From Cycas panzhihuaensis (Eukaryota > Plantae > Cycadophyta): 64,000 nt of DNA. Numbering within the stretch: position 1 is the stretch's first letter; each line of letters begins with the position of its first letter. The notes below the pieces were generated by a model that saw nothing but the letters and a program-made list of their open reading frames with translations, made no database searches and was not told where the DNA came from. Of the stretch, positions 44,781-59,600 are shown piece after piece. The stretch is taken from positions 125,805,741 through 125,869,740 of the forward strand of contig CM041465.1 of assembly GCA_023213395.1 (NCBI GenBank), written 5' to 3'. The position numbers and the translations under genes were made by a program.

Positions 44781-45731
44781 ATGGGAATTGAAAGGAAATT
44801 GCAATTAGGTTTGAAGGTATCAATTCCCGTCCAAGACGAGAGCCCTCGTCTGCCTTTGCTTCTGCCTGCGCAGGGTCTGAAATTGGTCTCCCACAACGTA
44901 GAACGTCTGTCAGATTTGGAGAAGATTCAGATCCTCGGATGTGGCAGCGGGGGAAAGGTGTTCAAAGTCCGTCACAAGAAGACCCAAGCCGTGTACGCCC
45001 TCAAGGTCGTTCGCGCAGACCACCAAAATATGTCCGTCAGGAGACAGATAATCACGGAGATGGAGATTATGACGAAAACGAACTCTCCCTTCGTTGTGAA
45101 ATGTGAAGGGATATTTGAGGAGGGCGGATATATTAACTTTGTTTTGGAGTACATGGATGGAGGTTCTCTCGCCAATTTGGTGGAGCAGAAGTGGAGAATA
45201 AGCGAATCCTTTGTGGCCAAGGTCGCGAGAGATGTGCTGCAGGGTTTGGAATACCTGCGCAGGGAAAAAATAGTGCACAGAGACATAAAGCCCGCCAATT
45301 TACTGATCAACTGGAAGCAGGAAATCAAGATTGCAGACTTCGGAGTTAGCCAGATATTGTCTCAGACCCAGGATACCCGCGATTATTATGTTGGTACCTG
45401 TGCCTACATGAGCCCAGAGAGATTAGACTCTGACAGCTATGGCGGGAACTATGATGACCATGCCGGGGATATCTGGAGCCTGGGTTTGACCCTGTTGGAA
45501 TGCTATATAGGACATTTCCCCTTCTTGTCCCCCGGCCAGCAACCGGATTGGCCTACTCTCATTTTTGCCATTTGTTTTGGAGATCCCCCCTCCCCACCCC
45601 CCAACGCTTCTGCAGATTTCCATAGTTTTATCCGTTGCTGTCTGCAGAAGAACCCGAGGAGGAGATGGACGGCTACTCGGCTGCTCACCCACCCTTTTCT
45701 CAAACAATCCCGACAAGTTTCTCATAAATAA
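44781..45731 (+). CDS. Mitogen-activated protein kinase kinase, intronless group D (MKK7/MKK9-like), 316 aa
   Basis: Intact ORF with an N-terminal docking motif (RKLQLGLKV), LGCGSGGKV, ALKVV, LEYMDGGSL, HRDIKPANLL, DFGVS, VGTCAYMSPER, AGDIWSLGL and a C-terminal LLTHPF. The short N-terminus and lack of introns fit group D. Confidence 0.95.
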   Translation: MGIERKLQLGLKVSIPVQDESPRLPLLLPAQGLKLVSHNVERLSDLEKIQILGCGSGGKVFKVRHKKTQAVYALKVVRADHQNMSVRRQIITEMEIMTKTNSPFVVKCEGIFEEGGYINFVLEYMDGGSLANLVEQKWRISESFVAKVARDVLQGLEYLRREKIVHRDIKPANLLINWKQEIKIADFGVSQILSQTQDTRDYYVGTCAYMSPERLDSDSYGGNYDDHAGDIWSLGLTLLECYIGHFPFLSPGQQPDWPTLIFAICFGDPPSPPPNASADFHSFIRCCLQKNPRRRWTATRLLTHPFLKQSRQVSHK

Positions 45732-48700
45732 ATTATTGCTGTCTATCAATTTTTTTCTTCCGCAAATGAATATTATATACTCTGAAGACGATTTGTTAAA
45801 ATTTTATTATTGTAGATTGAAATTTAAGAGTTCATTTTTATATTCTTTCTCCATTTTAGAACAATTAGAGATCACAAATCTCATCTTATTATTAAATTCT
45901 CATTTTACATTAGAATTTTATATAGAAATTGAATTCATTGGATATTAAACTAAACATTGTATATTCTCAATAGCTAGAATGAAGAATACAATTTATCAAT
46001 ATCTAACTAATGATTAATACACTAACACAATAGATATATTCATTTACAATTCGTTTTGTTGTATATGTACATTACTTTGAAGTCCATTTGCTCTTACTAA
46101 CTATATCTCATATTAGTTAACTCTAATAGAGCAAATAGAGCGCTTCTTTAATATATATATAACTTTTTGTTATTTGTTATAAATATTATATAGTTATTCA
46201 GTTACAGACTTCTTCACTAAGTCTATTAGCCAAGTAATAGTTTTACTGACTTGCTAACTCAATATCTAAGTTGAACAATAACTTAACTTGCTAACACACA
46301 TACATGCACACACATATACATATATGTTTGTATATAGACAAACATATATAGATATATAGAGAGATCTTAGAATAATCTAACACACCCTGTCACATTTGCA
46401 TTAATAATTATGCTTCTCTCACACTTTACAATGCATTGTGTGGATTTATGTGGGACCATAGCATTACATTAAATATTAGATATTTGAAAACTTTAAATAC
46501 TCTAACCATATATAAGTTGGAAGGGCTAAATAAGAGGTAAGACATAACTTTCACAACTTTATCTCAAGATAGAAAATTGAATTATATAAGAATCTTCACC
46601 CCCTTCAACTATCAGTCCTATCTAAACCTTGTTGAAGGTGGTTATATTACATTGAATAAAGAGAAGAATATTGACCTCTCATAATATCATTATCATAGAA
46701 ACCATCATGCATACATTTATGGTTTATTTGTTGTCATATATGTATAAAAGAAAAGCTAAGGAAATGTGGCATATTATGTTACATATTTCCATGAGACATA
46801 ATTACTTAATATTTGATAACTTTGTATTATTATGATATATAATAACAAATTTAATGATAGAACATTTCTTGATTGGATATAAATGCAAAGTAATGCATGA
46901 CACATAACAACAAATGCGGTATTAAAAGGAAAACATTAAAGAGCAATGGAATATGCACATGACATAAATAAACTTGACACATGCTCGATACCAAAGTTGT
47001 TATTATAAAAAACTATCATAACAAAGTTACAGATAAAACAATTTCATAAAGCCTGCCATCACATATATAAATATAATAAATCATACAAGATTTATAATAC
47101 AAGTTCATAGGACATTGTTAAAAGATATAAAAACACAATGCATATACAAAATATATAAAACCATACCACACCAATACTTAGAAAAGGTGAAAATAACATA
47201 GCATTGAAGAAAAGTGTAATACGCAAACACAAATATTTTAAAAATTCTAAAATACATTACATGCAAAATACATTAAAATATTAATGAAAGTATAAGAAGG
47301 ACCCTTTGATAGGATAAATATTCTAATGATAAAATGCAATTGCAAGGGAAAAGAACAAAAAAGAGAGAGAGAGAAAGCATGCATCTACCAATTAATAACA
47401 ATCATATTATATTAAGAATCAAAATACAAAAATATAAATAAATATTGCAAGAAAGTGAAAACATAAAATAATGAAATATATAAATATATAAATATAACAA
47501 ACATGAGACAACAGTTGAATGTAATATGAATATATTTAAATAGAAGATAAATATAATACAATAGTAAAAATAAAAATACAATACATGCATTCAAAAACTC
47601 GAAGATGTACCTTTATACTGAATAAATGCTTAAAATAATGTAAGTGAATAATAATAATAATAATAACACCACATATGCAAAAACTACAAAGTGATTGTGC
47701 ACTTCCATTGAGTTGTGCTTTTAGTTAACTTCATTGAGAATTATTTATTCATGTCTATTGGATAAGAGTAAATATGAAAAAAGAAAAAAAAAATACCATA
47801 TTTAGAGTTAAATCTTGAGCAATGTCAACAAGGAGTGGCATGAAATACAGAGCATATTTTAAATGACATGTATCGTGTTAGACTTCATTATTTTAAACTA
47901 CATTTTGATATTGCGTATTTAGTTATGTTAAACTAATAACAATAAGGTTACTTACATTGAAAATGCTTGTATTTCAAATTCAATATTTCTCTAAAAGTGA
48001 TTTTTACCATGAATAAATAATACAATATGAGATTCCTAAGGAAAATATCAGTTGCACGTTTTAGTCACAACTGCAAATATGGATGTCATTATTCAAATGC
48101 CCGCTAGCTAACAAGCACTTATCTAATAATTATGGGCTTAGAGTCATCAAGTAGGATGCATGTAAACTAACGTACGTGCTATTAACGTTAAAAGTTTAAA
48201 CCATAAAAATGACTACTTATAGAATTAGAAGGCTTGACATTTGACCAATAATGTTGGGTATCACGCCATTCAATGAGTTGAACTACAAACTAATGCTCAC
48301 TAATTTCTTAGGCTTCCCTACCTTTATGGAATTGGACCATAGAATTTATTTTCATAAAGCTTCTTGTCATAAGAATTTCACTTTCTTAATTCTCAATTCT
48401 TTTGAAATAGTTAATTAAGGACCACATTAGAAAGAAACTCAATATTGATTAAATATAGAGATAGAGGCTATGTATTACACATATTGCAAGTTTTAAAGAT
48501 TAGAAACATTTGGTGATAATGGACCAGATAGTTGCAAGTTACCCAGATCTCTGTAGGTAAACACAACAAAATTAAAATTGAAGTTGATCAATCAATTATA
48601 AAGATAATATTTATTGTTGATGCATCACTTAAAATTTAAAATTGTTTCCCTTTGGTGGGATTTATTTAGGGGAAAAGAAAAAAAAATAGAAACTTAGAAC

Positions 48701-50050
48701 TTAATGATTGAGTTGTTATTGTTGTATGTAATGTAAAACCATTTTCCCCATTTTCTATGAATGTAAATGTTACACTATTATAAAATATTAGTCTCCAAGG
48801 GTAGACTATGTAATAAAGAGTGGCAATTGTTCACATCTTGAGAAAGAATTACTATGCTACAATAAAATATGATGTAGAGGCTTGAAAGCAAAGGGTTCTA
48901 GAAAGAAAAATTGCAAACTTTTGGATGATGGGAATGAGCTCAGACTAATGCTAATGTTTTCCTTAAAGAAGGACCTAGAATGAAGAGTTCTATTATGTTT
49001 GTATTGTCTGTTATCCATTATCAATAAATGGGGTATCTTTGATAGTATAGTTTTGAGAACATATTTGAATAAAATAATATTAATCTTATTGGGATTTATT
49101 TTAACATTATAATAAATTTTAGAATGTATATAAAACTCAATCAGTTTGTTAATTTTAAATTTGATGCTTCGTCATATCTTAATCCATATTAAAAGCATTA
49201 TTCTAATTGATTTCTTTAATTAAAGTAAATAGTTTGGTGTGCAATTTTTATATCTCTATTAATGCAAGTAATAAACATGCAGTACTAACATGAACATTAT
49301 AAATGCCATTCAAATGATATAGACAAGCATATATAAGAATTATTATAGTAAACATTGGTCATATGACATTAGAGTCATGTAGGCTTTATGATGGATTACC
49401 TACTTTGTCTCTTGGAGGAAATGAAAAGCTTTTAGTAATTCATTGTTTTCTCATTCTTTCCATTGTTAATAGCACATGCTAATCAATGGAATACTATTGG
49501 TAAAAGTATAAGCCAAACTCTGGCTGGAATGTTGGAACAATAAATTAACTACTTTCAAATATTTACATTATGAAAATAAAGACAAGACCACCCTCTATTT
49601 ATTTTGTTTATCATTATGTAGTGTATTCACTCACAAATAGATATCTCCACCTTACTGTAAAAGGATTATAACTTCCTACCAATCAATCTACCTACTAATA
49701 AAATTTTGAATTGATGGTACCCTTGACAACATCAAATTGGAATCACATGTGAACTTATATAGACATCACTATTGATACTTCAAAGAGCTTTTACTATCAA
49801 ACTTGAACAAGAGAAAAAGTGCAACAATAAAAGTGACAAGTTCTACTTTATTCCTTTCTATTCTTATTTTATGTGTGCCCAAAGTACACACATTCCCGTT
49901 GTCTCTGAAACACATGGTTCAATTCAAGGTTTACACATAATTAATGTGAAAGTTTTATGTGTATTAAATAATATTATTTTCATCAAATTTTAAAATATTA
50001 AAAAAGTAGCATAATCATTGGATTTATACACTCAATGCACATGTGAACCA
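45732..50050 (+). repeat. MKK array spacer, copy 2 (several internal deletions; truncated before the proximal promoter)
   Basis: Homologous to 39149-44370; homology stops at TGTGAACCA (50050, equivalent to 44369). Confidence 0.93.
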
Positions 50051-50060
50051 TATCTTGTAC

Positions 50061-52448
50061 CTTTTAGCATCAACATTTATAATAAGGACAATTCCCTTAT
50101 CACACTCATTAAGCAAAATATTCTTACAAATTATAATCTTCTTCTTTGAGGGATCCAAAGCCCTACATGCCTTGGAAGACTTACTATCCTCAATAAGAAT
50201 ACACGTTTGATAGTTGTCATCAAGCTTTTGTCTCTTTATATCAGGTACACAAATAAAAATAGTGCAACAAAAGACTTGAAGATTACAAATAAAAGTTTTT
50301 TTTACTAGTCTAAGTTTCTTTAGTATTTATATTTATAATAACTACAGTTAGACTTCTATTCAAAATCTACATAGTTGTATTCATAACTTCATCTTGAAAA
50401 CCATTTAAAGACATTTTTATCTTTTAGCATACATCTCACCATCATAGCAATGGTGTGGTTCTTCCTCTTAAATATATCATTTTATTATGGTGTATAGGAT
50501 GTAGTTAGTTGCTATTATTTGTCATGATCCTTGTAAAAATTGATAACTTTTGAAGATAAGTACTTACCTCTGTTGTCCCTCCTCATAAACTTGTTCTTCA
50601 ATAAATGTCATGAAGGATATCAAGCCTCTAAGTGAGACTAGTAAAAGTGGTCCACATAAATTAGAATGAACTAGCTCCAATTTACCCTTATCCCTCAACG
50701 TGGTCCTAAAATATTTTTCTATATGTTTCTTCTTGATTACGCATGCATTGCAAATTTTATCATATTTTTGTATAAGAGGGAGATACTACATCATTTTTAA
50801 CTTATTTAATAGTTTAATATTATGATAATTCAAGTGACTAATAGTTTAATATTATGATAATTCAAGTGACTAATAGTTTAATATTATGATAATTCAAGTG
50901 ACCAAAATAATCATGTTGTAAAGTATTAGAAGTACTAATAACAAAACCAAGCTTATGAATATTGACAAATTTATACAAGCTATTCTTTTTGGTTCCATGG
51001 GCTATTACAAAATCACCATCTTTAATTACACATTTAATAGTGTCAAACTCAACCTTCAACTTAAATTTAGCTATATAATTTATAAAAAGTAAGTTATATC
51101 TAAATGATCGTACGTACAACACATTAGACATCTTGATTTTATGGCCAAGTGGATTAAGAGCAATTGTACCTTGATTGATCACTTTATATTGACTATCATG
51201 ACCTAGTATAATGGTCTAGTTATGGCCTTGAGTTTAGTAAATCATTCTTTATAAAAAGTGATATGGTTCGTGGCATCAAAATCAATGTACAAGGTACTAT
51301 TACTATTAGAAATAACACTAAACACAAAGACTTTTTTTCCCTCTAGGTAGAAGTATAACTTTTTTAGCTTTCTTTTTATTTGCTTTTTTCTTCCAGTAAT
51401 TTTTTTAATAGTGACCTTTCTTATTACAATATGATCACATAACATCCCTTTTAGGATTGTTATGCCATTCACTCATGATGTAAGAAAGAGGTGGAGTTTA
51501 TTTAGAAACATTCATTTGGAGCTTCTTTCTAAATTAAGAAGCCATGACCATGTTGCCACCACTACCAACTCGTCCTCTTGTACATTGCTCATCATACAAG
51601 AGAAGTCTGACAAGCTCCTCCAAAGCAAGTGATTAAGCTCTCTTAGTAGGATATAAAATAGTTACGAAGATATAATAGTCTTTGGGTGGCTATTGAGAGT
51701 AATGATCAACTTTCTCACCTATTGTAATCAACTAATCTCTAATCTCCTTTAATTTTTGTAAATGTAGGGAGATTGAGTCATCAACAACCATCTTTTATGA
51801 ATAAAGCAAGTTTTTGATATACAACACTCTAGTTTTATTCTTGGTTTCATACATCTCTTGAAGTATTTTCCATACATACTTTGATGAAGTCTTCCATTGA
51901 AAATGAGTGATGGGTTCTTTAACAACAAAAATCCCAATGATATATAATGCTTCTGTATCACGATCTTCTTAGTATTCAACATCTTTATTGGTCACAATTT
52001 TAATGGTTGGAGTAGATTTAAATATAGTCAAATTAGAGGTAATAATAAGTTTCAACTCATTCCTTTCAACTATCTTCATTAATTTTCTAAGTGCTAGAAT
52101 ATTAAAAATCTTAAACTTCCATATTACATAGTTCTTACCATTAAGTTCATGTACATCCGGTAAGACATAACTAATAATGTTTACACTAGACATGGTGAAA
52201 ATTAATCCATATGACCAATACTACAAGCATAAGTTTAAGTGAAAGATAAAAAATAAAAAATGATGTTAGAATTTAGAAACATTAAAAGTAAATAATAAAT
52301 GGGTGTGTTATAGTGCTTAACTACTTTTAGAGCTTAAAGCCCTCACTACATGTGACCAATCACTTACAACTTAAGTTATATACCTCAAAATAGATTGCAA
52401 TTTACTTTACTATCACTAAAACATTAGCGGAAAAAAAAAGTTAAATAA
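50061..52448 (-). mobile_element. Duplicate of the copia gag-integrase remnant (34841-37365)
   Basis: Closely similar sequence with the same broken ORFs (50862-51182, 51242-51472, 51749-51982), plus a ~105-bp deletion at ~50599. Confidence 0.93.
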
Positions 52449-52734
52449 CGAGAATATGATGGCTATGCCAAGGATATCTGAAGCCTGGGTTTGACCTTGT
52501 TGGAATGCTATATAGGCCATTTCCGCTTCTAGTCCCCCAGCCAACAACTGAATTGGCCTACTTTCATTTTTGCCATTTATTTTGAGGATCCCCCTCCCCA
52601 CCCCCAATGCTTCTATAAACTTCCAGAGTTTTATTTGTTATTGTCTATAGAAGGACTCACAGAGGAGATGGACGGCTACTCGACTCCTCAACTACCCTTT
52701 TCTCAAATAATTCCAACAAGTTTCTCATAAATGA
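52449..52734 (+). pseudogene. MAPKK 3'-end pseudogene fragment (copy C)
   Basis: Collinear with 38863-39148 and shares its lesions (GAGAATATGATGGC, ATCTGAAGC, CTATAGAAGG-type stop). Confidence 0.92.
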
Positions 52735-53318
52735 ATTATTAATGTCTATAAATTTTCTTCAGTAAATGAATATTATATACTCCTAAGACGGTTGTAGAAT
52801 TTAATTCATTCACTCTTTATAAAGGTAGATTCATTAATATTATGTTATTTTATGTTGTATATTTATATTAAATTTGTTAAAATTTCATTATTGTAGAATG
52901 AAATTTAATTGTTTATTTTTATATTCTTTCTCTATTTTATTATAATTAAAGATGGAAAATCTCATTTTATTATCAAATTCTCATTTTACATTATAATTTT
53001 ATATAGAAATAGAATTCATTGGAAATTAAACCAAATGTTGTATATTAAGTCAAAAATCATATTATCATTTCAATAGTTCGAATGAAGAATACAATTTATC
53101 AATATCCAACTAATCATTAATATACTAACACAATAGATATATTCACTCACAATTCATTTTGTTGTATATGTACATTACTTTGAAGTCCATTTGCTCTTAT
53201 TAACTATACCTCATATTAGTTAACTCTAATAGAGAAAATACATGGCTTCTTTAAATGAAACCATAGGAAATGTATACTTCTAAATATTCTTTATATATTT
53301 CATATTATTTTTGACATA

Positions 53319-53484
<166 letters not shown>

Positions 53485-53692
53485 TTTGTATATATATACA
53501 TATAACTTCATGTTATTTATTATAAATCTTATATAGTTATTCAATCAATTTATAACTATGAAGTTGGAGCTTCTTCACTAAGTGGATTAGCCAAGTAATA
53601 GTCTCATTTACTTGCTATCTCAATGTCTAAGTTGACCAATAACTTAAATTGCTATCACACATACACGTACACACGTATATATATATGTTTAT

Positions 53693-53727
<35 letters not shown>

Positions 53728-56671
53728 GAGAGAGAGAGAGAGAGAGATTTCTTAGAATAATCCAACATACCATGACAAATTTCTATGTAAGTGTGAATAA
53801 AACACAATGCTAATGCACTGTAGGAAGTTGCATTAAGAATTATGCTTCTCTCACACTTTATGATGTATTGTGTGGGACCATAACATTACATTAAATATTA
53901 GATATTTGAAAACTTTAAATACTCCAATAATTTCTACCTATGAATTTGCATCCATTATTTAAGTTGAAGCTTACAAGATTCAAATCAAGTTATATCTTTA
54001 TTGAATTCAACAAGTACAATAGTCGCACTCATAATAAAAAATAGCCTAAGTCAATATGTATTATGTCAGCAACAAAAGCTTGAAGATTTCAATAGCCTCT
54101 TTGCCTTATATGGATATTGACCATATATAAGTTGGAAGGGCTAAATAAGAGGTAAGACTTAACTTTCACAACTTTACCTCAAGATAGAAAATTGAATTAT
54201 ATAAGAATCTTCACCCCCTTCAACTATCAATCCTCTCCAAACCTTGTTAAAGATGGTTATATTACATTGAATAAAAAGAAGAATCTTGACTTCTCATAAT
54301 GTCATTATCATAGAAACCATCATGCATAGATTTGTGGTTTATTTGTTGTCATGTATGTATAAAATAAAATTTAAGGAAATGTGGCATATTATGTTATATA
54401 TTTCCATGCAACATAATTACTTTATATTTGATAACTTCGTATTATTATGATGTATAATAACAAATTCAATGATAGAACATTTCTTGATTGGATATAAATG
54501 CAAAGCAATGCATGACACACAACAACAAATGTGGTATTAAAAGGAAAATATTAAAGAGCACAGGAATATACACATGACATAAATAAACTTGGTGCATGCT
54601 CAATACCAAAGTTGTTATTCTAAAAAACTATCATAACAAAGTTACAAATAAACAATTTCATAAATCCTACCATCACATGTATAAATATAATAAATCATAT
54701 AAGATTTATAATACACGTTCATAAAACATTGTTAAAAGACATAAAAACACAATGCATATACAAAATATATAAAACCATGCCACACCAATACTTAGAAAAG
54801 GTGAAAATAACATAGCATTGAAGAAAAGTATAACAGGCCAACACAAATATTTTAAAAATTATAAAATACATTGCATGCAAAATGCATTAAAAAATCAATG
54901 AAAATATAAGAAGGACCCTTTGATAGGATAAATATCCTAATGAGAAAATGTAATTGCAAGGGAAAAGAACAAAAGAAAAGAAAAAGAACAAGTATACATC
55001 TACCAATTAATAGCATTGCCATACATCCTTATAATAAGCAAACTCATATTGCATTAAGAACCAAAATACAAAAAGTATAAATAAATATTACAAGAAAGTG
55101 TAAACATAAAATAATGAAATATATAAAGATAACAAACATGAGATAATAATTGAATGTAACATGAATATTTTTAAATAGAAAACAAATAGAATACAATAGT
55201 AAAAAGAAAAATACAACACATGTATTTAAAAACTTGAAAATGTACCTTTATATTGAACAAATGCTTAAAATAATATAAGTGAATAATATTAATAATAATA
55301 ACACCACACACACATATTTTGCAAGAAATTTAAAAAGAAAAAATATAAAGTAAAACTATAATAAATATGAAACAAAATTTTAATAAACCATTTATATTTG
55401 TAATATATAATAAATAGAATATAATACTATTTATTATAACTATCCATATATGCAAAAACTACAAAGTGGTTGTGCACTTCCATTGAGTTGTGCCTTCAAT
55501 TAACTTCATCGAGAACTATTTATTCATGTCCATTTGATGAGAGTAAATATGAAAAAAGAAAATATTTTACCATATTTAGTGTTAAATCATGAACAATGTT
55601 AACGAAGAGTGGCATGAAATATAGATCACATTTTAAATGACGCATATCATGTTGGACCTCATCATTTTAAACTATATTTTCATATTGTGCATTTAGTTAT
55701 ATTAAACTAATAATAATAAGGTTACTTACATTGAAAATGCTTCTATTTCAAATTCAACCTTCCTCTAAAAGTGATTTTTACCATGAATAAATAGTACAAT
55801 CTAAGATTCCTAAGAAAAATATCAGTTGCACGTTTTAGTCGCAACTGCAAATATGGATGTTATTATTCAAATGCCTACTTGTTAACCAACACTTGATCTT
55901 AGCGATATCTCATCTAATAATTTATGGGCTTGGAGTCATCAAGTAGAATGCATGTAACCTAACGTACGTGCTATTAACACTAAAAGTTTAAACCATAAAA
56001 ATGACTACTTATAGAGTTAGAAGGCTTGACATTTGACTAATAATGTTGGGTATCACACCACTCAATGAGTTGAAATATAAACTGACACTCACTAATTTCT
56101 CAGGCTTCCCCAACTTTATGGAATTGGACCATAGAAATTGTTTTCATTAAGCTTCTTGTCATAAGCATTTCACTTTCTTAATTCTCAATTCTTTTGAAAT
56201 AGTTAATTAAGGACCACATTAGACAGAAATTCAATATTGATTAAATATAGAGATAGAGGCTATGTATTACACATACTCCAAGTTTTAAATACTAGAAACA
56301 TTTGGTGATAATGGACCAGATAGTTGTAAGTTACCCTGATCTCTGTAGGTAAACACAACAAAATTAAAATTGAAGTTGATCAATCAATTATAAAGCTAAT
56401 ATTTATTGTCGATGCATCACTCAAAATTTAAAATTATTTCCCTTTGGTGGGCTTTTTTTTTTTTGGTAAGATAAAATGAATTTATAGTGGGTTTGAACAG
56501 GATCCCACAACCTATTACATCAGAAACATTTGTGCTACCAAGAGATATATGACCGTGACATCCCCACGGTCTAGGCTAGAGAGCTAAATGTTGGGACAAG
56601 CCCCACGGCTAGTTGTTATAGATCATATCCTTTTCTACCAGAACCATAAGATCCCTAGGGAAATCACTCCT

Positions 56672-59600
56672 TCACACTTGACCTTTCCGGTGCCTTGCTC
56701 CCCAGTTTGCCAAAAAGTCAGCTGGTTTGTTACCTTCTCTCAAAGTATGCCTTATACGAACTTCTGCCAGTCCCTTAATGATCTCTTTGGCATCATTGAA
56801 AATGGACTGGAATCTCCAGTCTGGAAGGGCCTCACCATTCAGCGCCTTAAGCACCACCTCTGAATCCCCCTCTATTACCAGACACTGAATATTTCCTTCA
56901 ACTGTTAGGTCTAGGGCTTTAAACATAGCTTGCATTTCTGCATAGTGGTTTGTCTGGCATTCATACTAGTCCGTAAAAGCCCAAATTAGGGAACCAGTGC
57001 AATCCCTATAGATACCCCCTCCACCCGCTTCCCCGGGGTTCTCTTTAGCAGTCCCATCAAAGTTAACTTTGATCCAGGGCTCCTCAGGAGGCTGCCAACT
57101 GCTACATCTGGGCCTTGCAGCCTCAAATACAGGTTGTATACCCCATTTACTTAGAATCCTACTCTCTGGCAAGGAAATACGTTTTTCTTTCACATTTCTA
57201 ACGTTTTCCCTAATGTCTGAACATATTCTGTTGAAAATGGCAATCTGGTCCATCTGATTTTCCTGAAAAATTCTCTGATTCCTCTCTTTCCATATATTCC
57301 AAGCCAATATCAGAAGCGCACTCTTCCAAATACAAATTTCGATGTTCTACTACGAAGGGCTAAGTCAGGCAAGCCATAAGTCAACAGTCTTTTTTGAAAA
57401 TGTCCAGCAAACCTCTAGTTTTCCAAGTAACATCCTCCAAACCTCTCTTGTGAAAGAACACCCAATGAAGATGTGGTCCATAGATTCCTCCTCTGAACAA
57501 CATAAAGTGCATCTATTTGCCAGCGTAAAACCTCTCTTCTTAAGATTGTCTATATTGAGGATTTTATTCATGAGGCAGGCCCACCAGAATATAGCAATCT
57601 TAGGAATGATAGGAAGCCTCCAAACACCATCAAGGGTTGGATTTCTCTGATCCCCTCTAGTTAAACAAAGGAAATGGTATCCTTGTTTAACAGTATAGTC
57701 CCCGGATGGGCCCAGAGGCCACACAACCGTATCTGGCAAAATCATTCTAGGGATATAATTCTTACGAAGAATCCTTTTTAACTTGTTTAGGCCCTCTTGC
57801 AATCCTTCTCCTTGAATTTCCTCAAGAGACTTCCAACTCCTGTTTTTGCCACTCTCGGTCCAATAATCCTTAACATGAGTGCCATATAGCCCCATGTTGA
57901 CCCATAATAGGTTCCTGTGTCCGGGGTCCTTAAGCGCTTCGTCGCAGCACCATGCATCCTCCCAGAACATAATAGAGTTGTCGTCTCCAAGTCTCCATTT
58001 CAAGCCATTCCTTATAGCTCTCCATGCTTTAAGAATGCTTCTCCAAACAGTAGATCCGACCTGTGAAGCATCATTCTCAAAAAGAGAACCCCCTTGAATG
58101 TATTTTCTATTCAGGATCTTCTCCCAAAGTCTCTCACCCCCTTTAAATAACCGCCATCCCAATTTTGCCCCTAGAGCAACGTTGAATGGAGAAATCCTTC
58201 TCAGGTTAAGGCCACCGGCCCATTTCGGGGTGCAGACTTTATTCCAGCTTACCAGATGTATTCTGTCTTTGCTCTCCATCCCCGACCAAAGGAATCTCTT
58301 CTGGATAGATTCAATAATGTTTGATATACCCACCGGAACTCTGAATATAGACATCCAAAATACTGGAATGCTCTGCAGCGTCGAAGCGACTAGCTGGAGC
58401 TTTCCAGCTAGACTTAATAGGGCGCCTTTCCAGCCCGCCAGCTTCCTTTGCATCCTATCAATGAGGGGATTCCACATGTCCTTGGTCATTCTCCCTACAA
58501 AGAGTGGCAGACCAAGGTAGATTGTGGGGAGCTTTTTAATGCTCATTTCTAGGATTCTACTTATCCTGCCTTGAACGTGGCCTGGGGTATTTATAAAGAA
58601 GACATTACTCTTATTCAAATTTATCTTTTGGTTCGTGGCCTCCTCAAAGTGGCCCAATATCTCTTTAAATTTGGAAGCCTCACTCAAAGCAGCCTTCCCT
58701 AAGAAGATATTAGCATCCACGAATTGATGATGGATCACATTATCCACTCCAAATGTCAGCTTTATACCTTTTATGGCCCCTGCCTTGACGGACCTGTGGT
58801 TCTACCCAGAAGCTCAGCCATCATGATATACAAGAAGGGAGAGAGAGGGTCACCCTGCCTCAACCCCCTAAATCCCGAAAAAAACCTAGAGGAAGAGCCA
58901 TTTATGATGACAGAGAATTACGGGTTACCAATGCATAGTTTTATCCATGACCGCAAAGTCTCCCCAAAGCCAAATGCTCCAAGGCATTCTAACAAACAAT
59001 CCCAGGAAACCCTATCAAAGACCTTCGTGAGGTCGATCTTGATAAGCATCACAGGCTCTTTCCTTTCCGCAGTTGAATGGATTGTTTCGTGGACAACAAT
59101 ATAGCCATCGTATAACTGCCTGCCCCAAAGAAACCCATCTTGATTCTGGGAAATGATGTTTGGCATAATTTTCTTCACTCTATTCACCAGAACCTTAGTT
59201 ATGATTTTGTATTTAACGTTGCAGAGGCTAATAGGGCAGAAATCCTCCATCCTTTTTGCCCCATCTTTTTTTGGAATAAGGACAAGGAATGTGGTCTGCC
59301 ACTCCTGCAAAATCTTTCTGTTCACTTGAAACTCCTTCATTGCTTCCATGAGATCCCCCTTAATAATGTCCCAGAATTCTTGAAAGAACCCCGGGGGAAA
59401 TCCATCGGGGCCTGGCGCTTTATCTTTCTTCATACCGAAGAGAGCCGCCCTGACCTCGTCCTGAGTGAATGGGGCTGTAAGCTGGGCATTCTGCTCTTCA
59501 TTCACCAAACAGGGTATATTGTTCAGGAAGTCTTTCCTCCTATCCTCGTCCCCACCTGGCAGTTCAGTAAAAAGGTTCTTGAAATAATCACAAGCCAGCT

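Noticed and set aside
44910-45948. Antisense and alternate-frame ORFs overlapping the MKK
   Set aside because: Shadow ORFs of a GC-richer CDS, with no recognisable motifs.
50807-50902. 32-bp direct repeats suggesting a CRISPR array
   Set aside because: The repeats are contiguous with no spacers, lie inside a copia coding remnant, and there are no cas genes.
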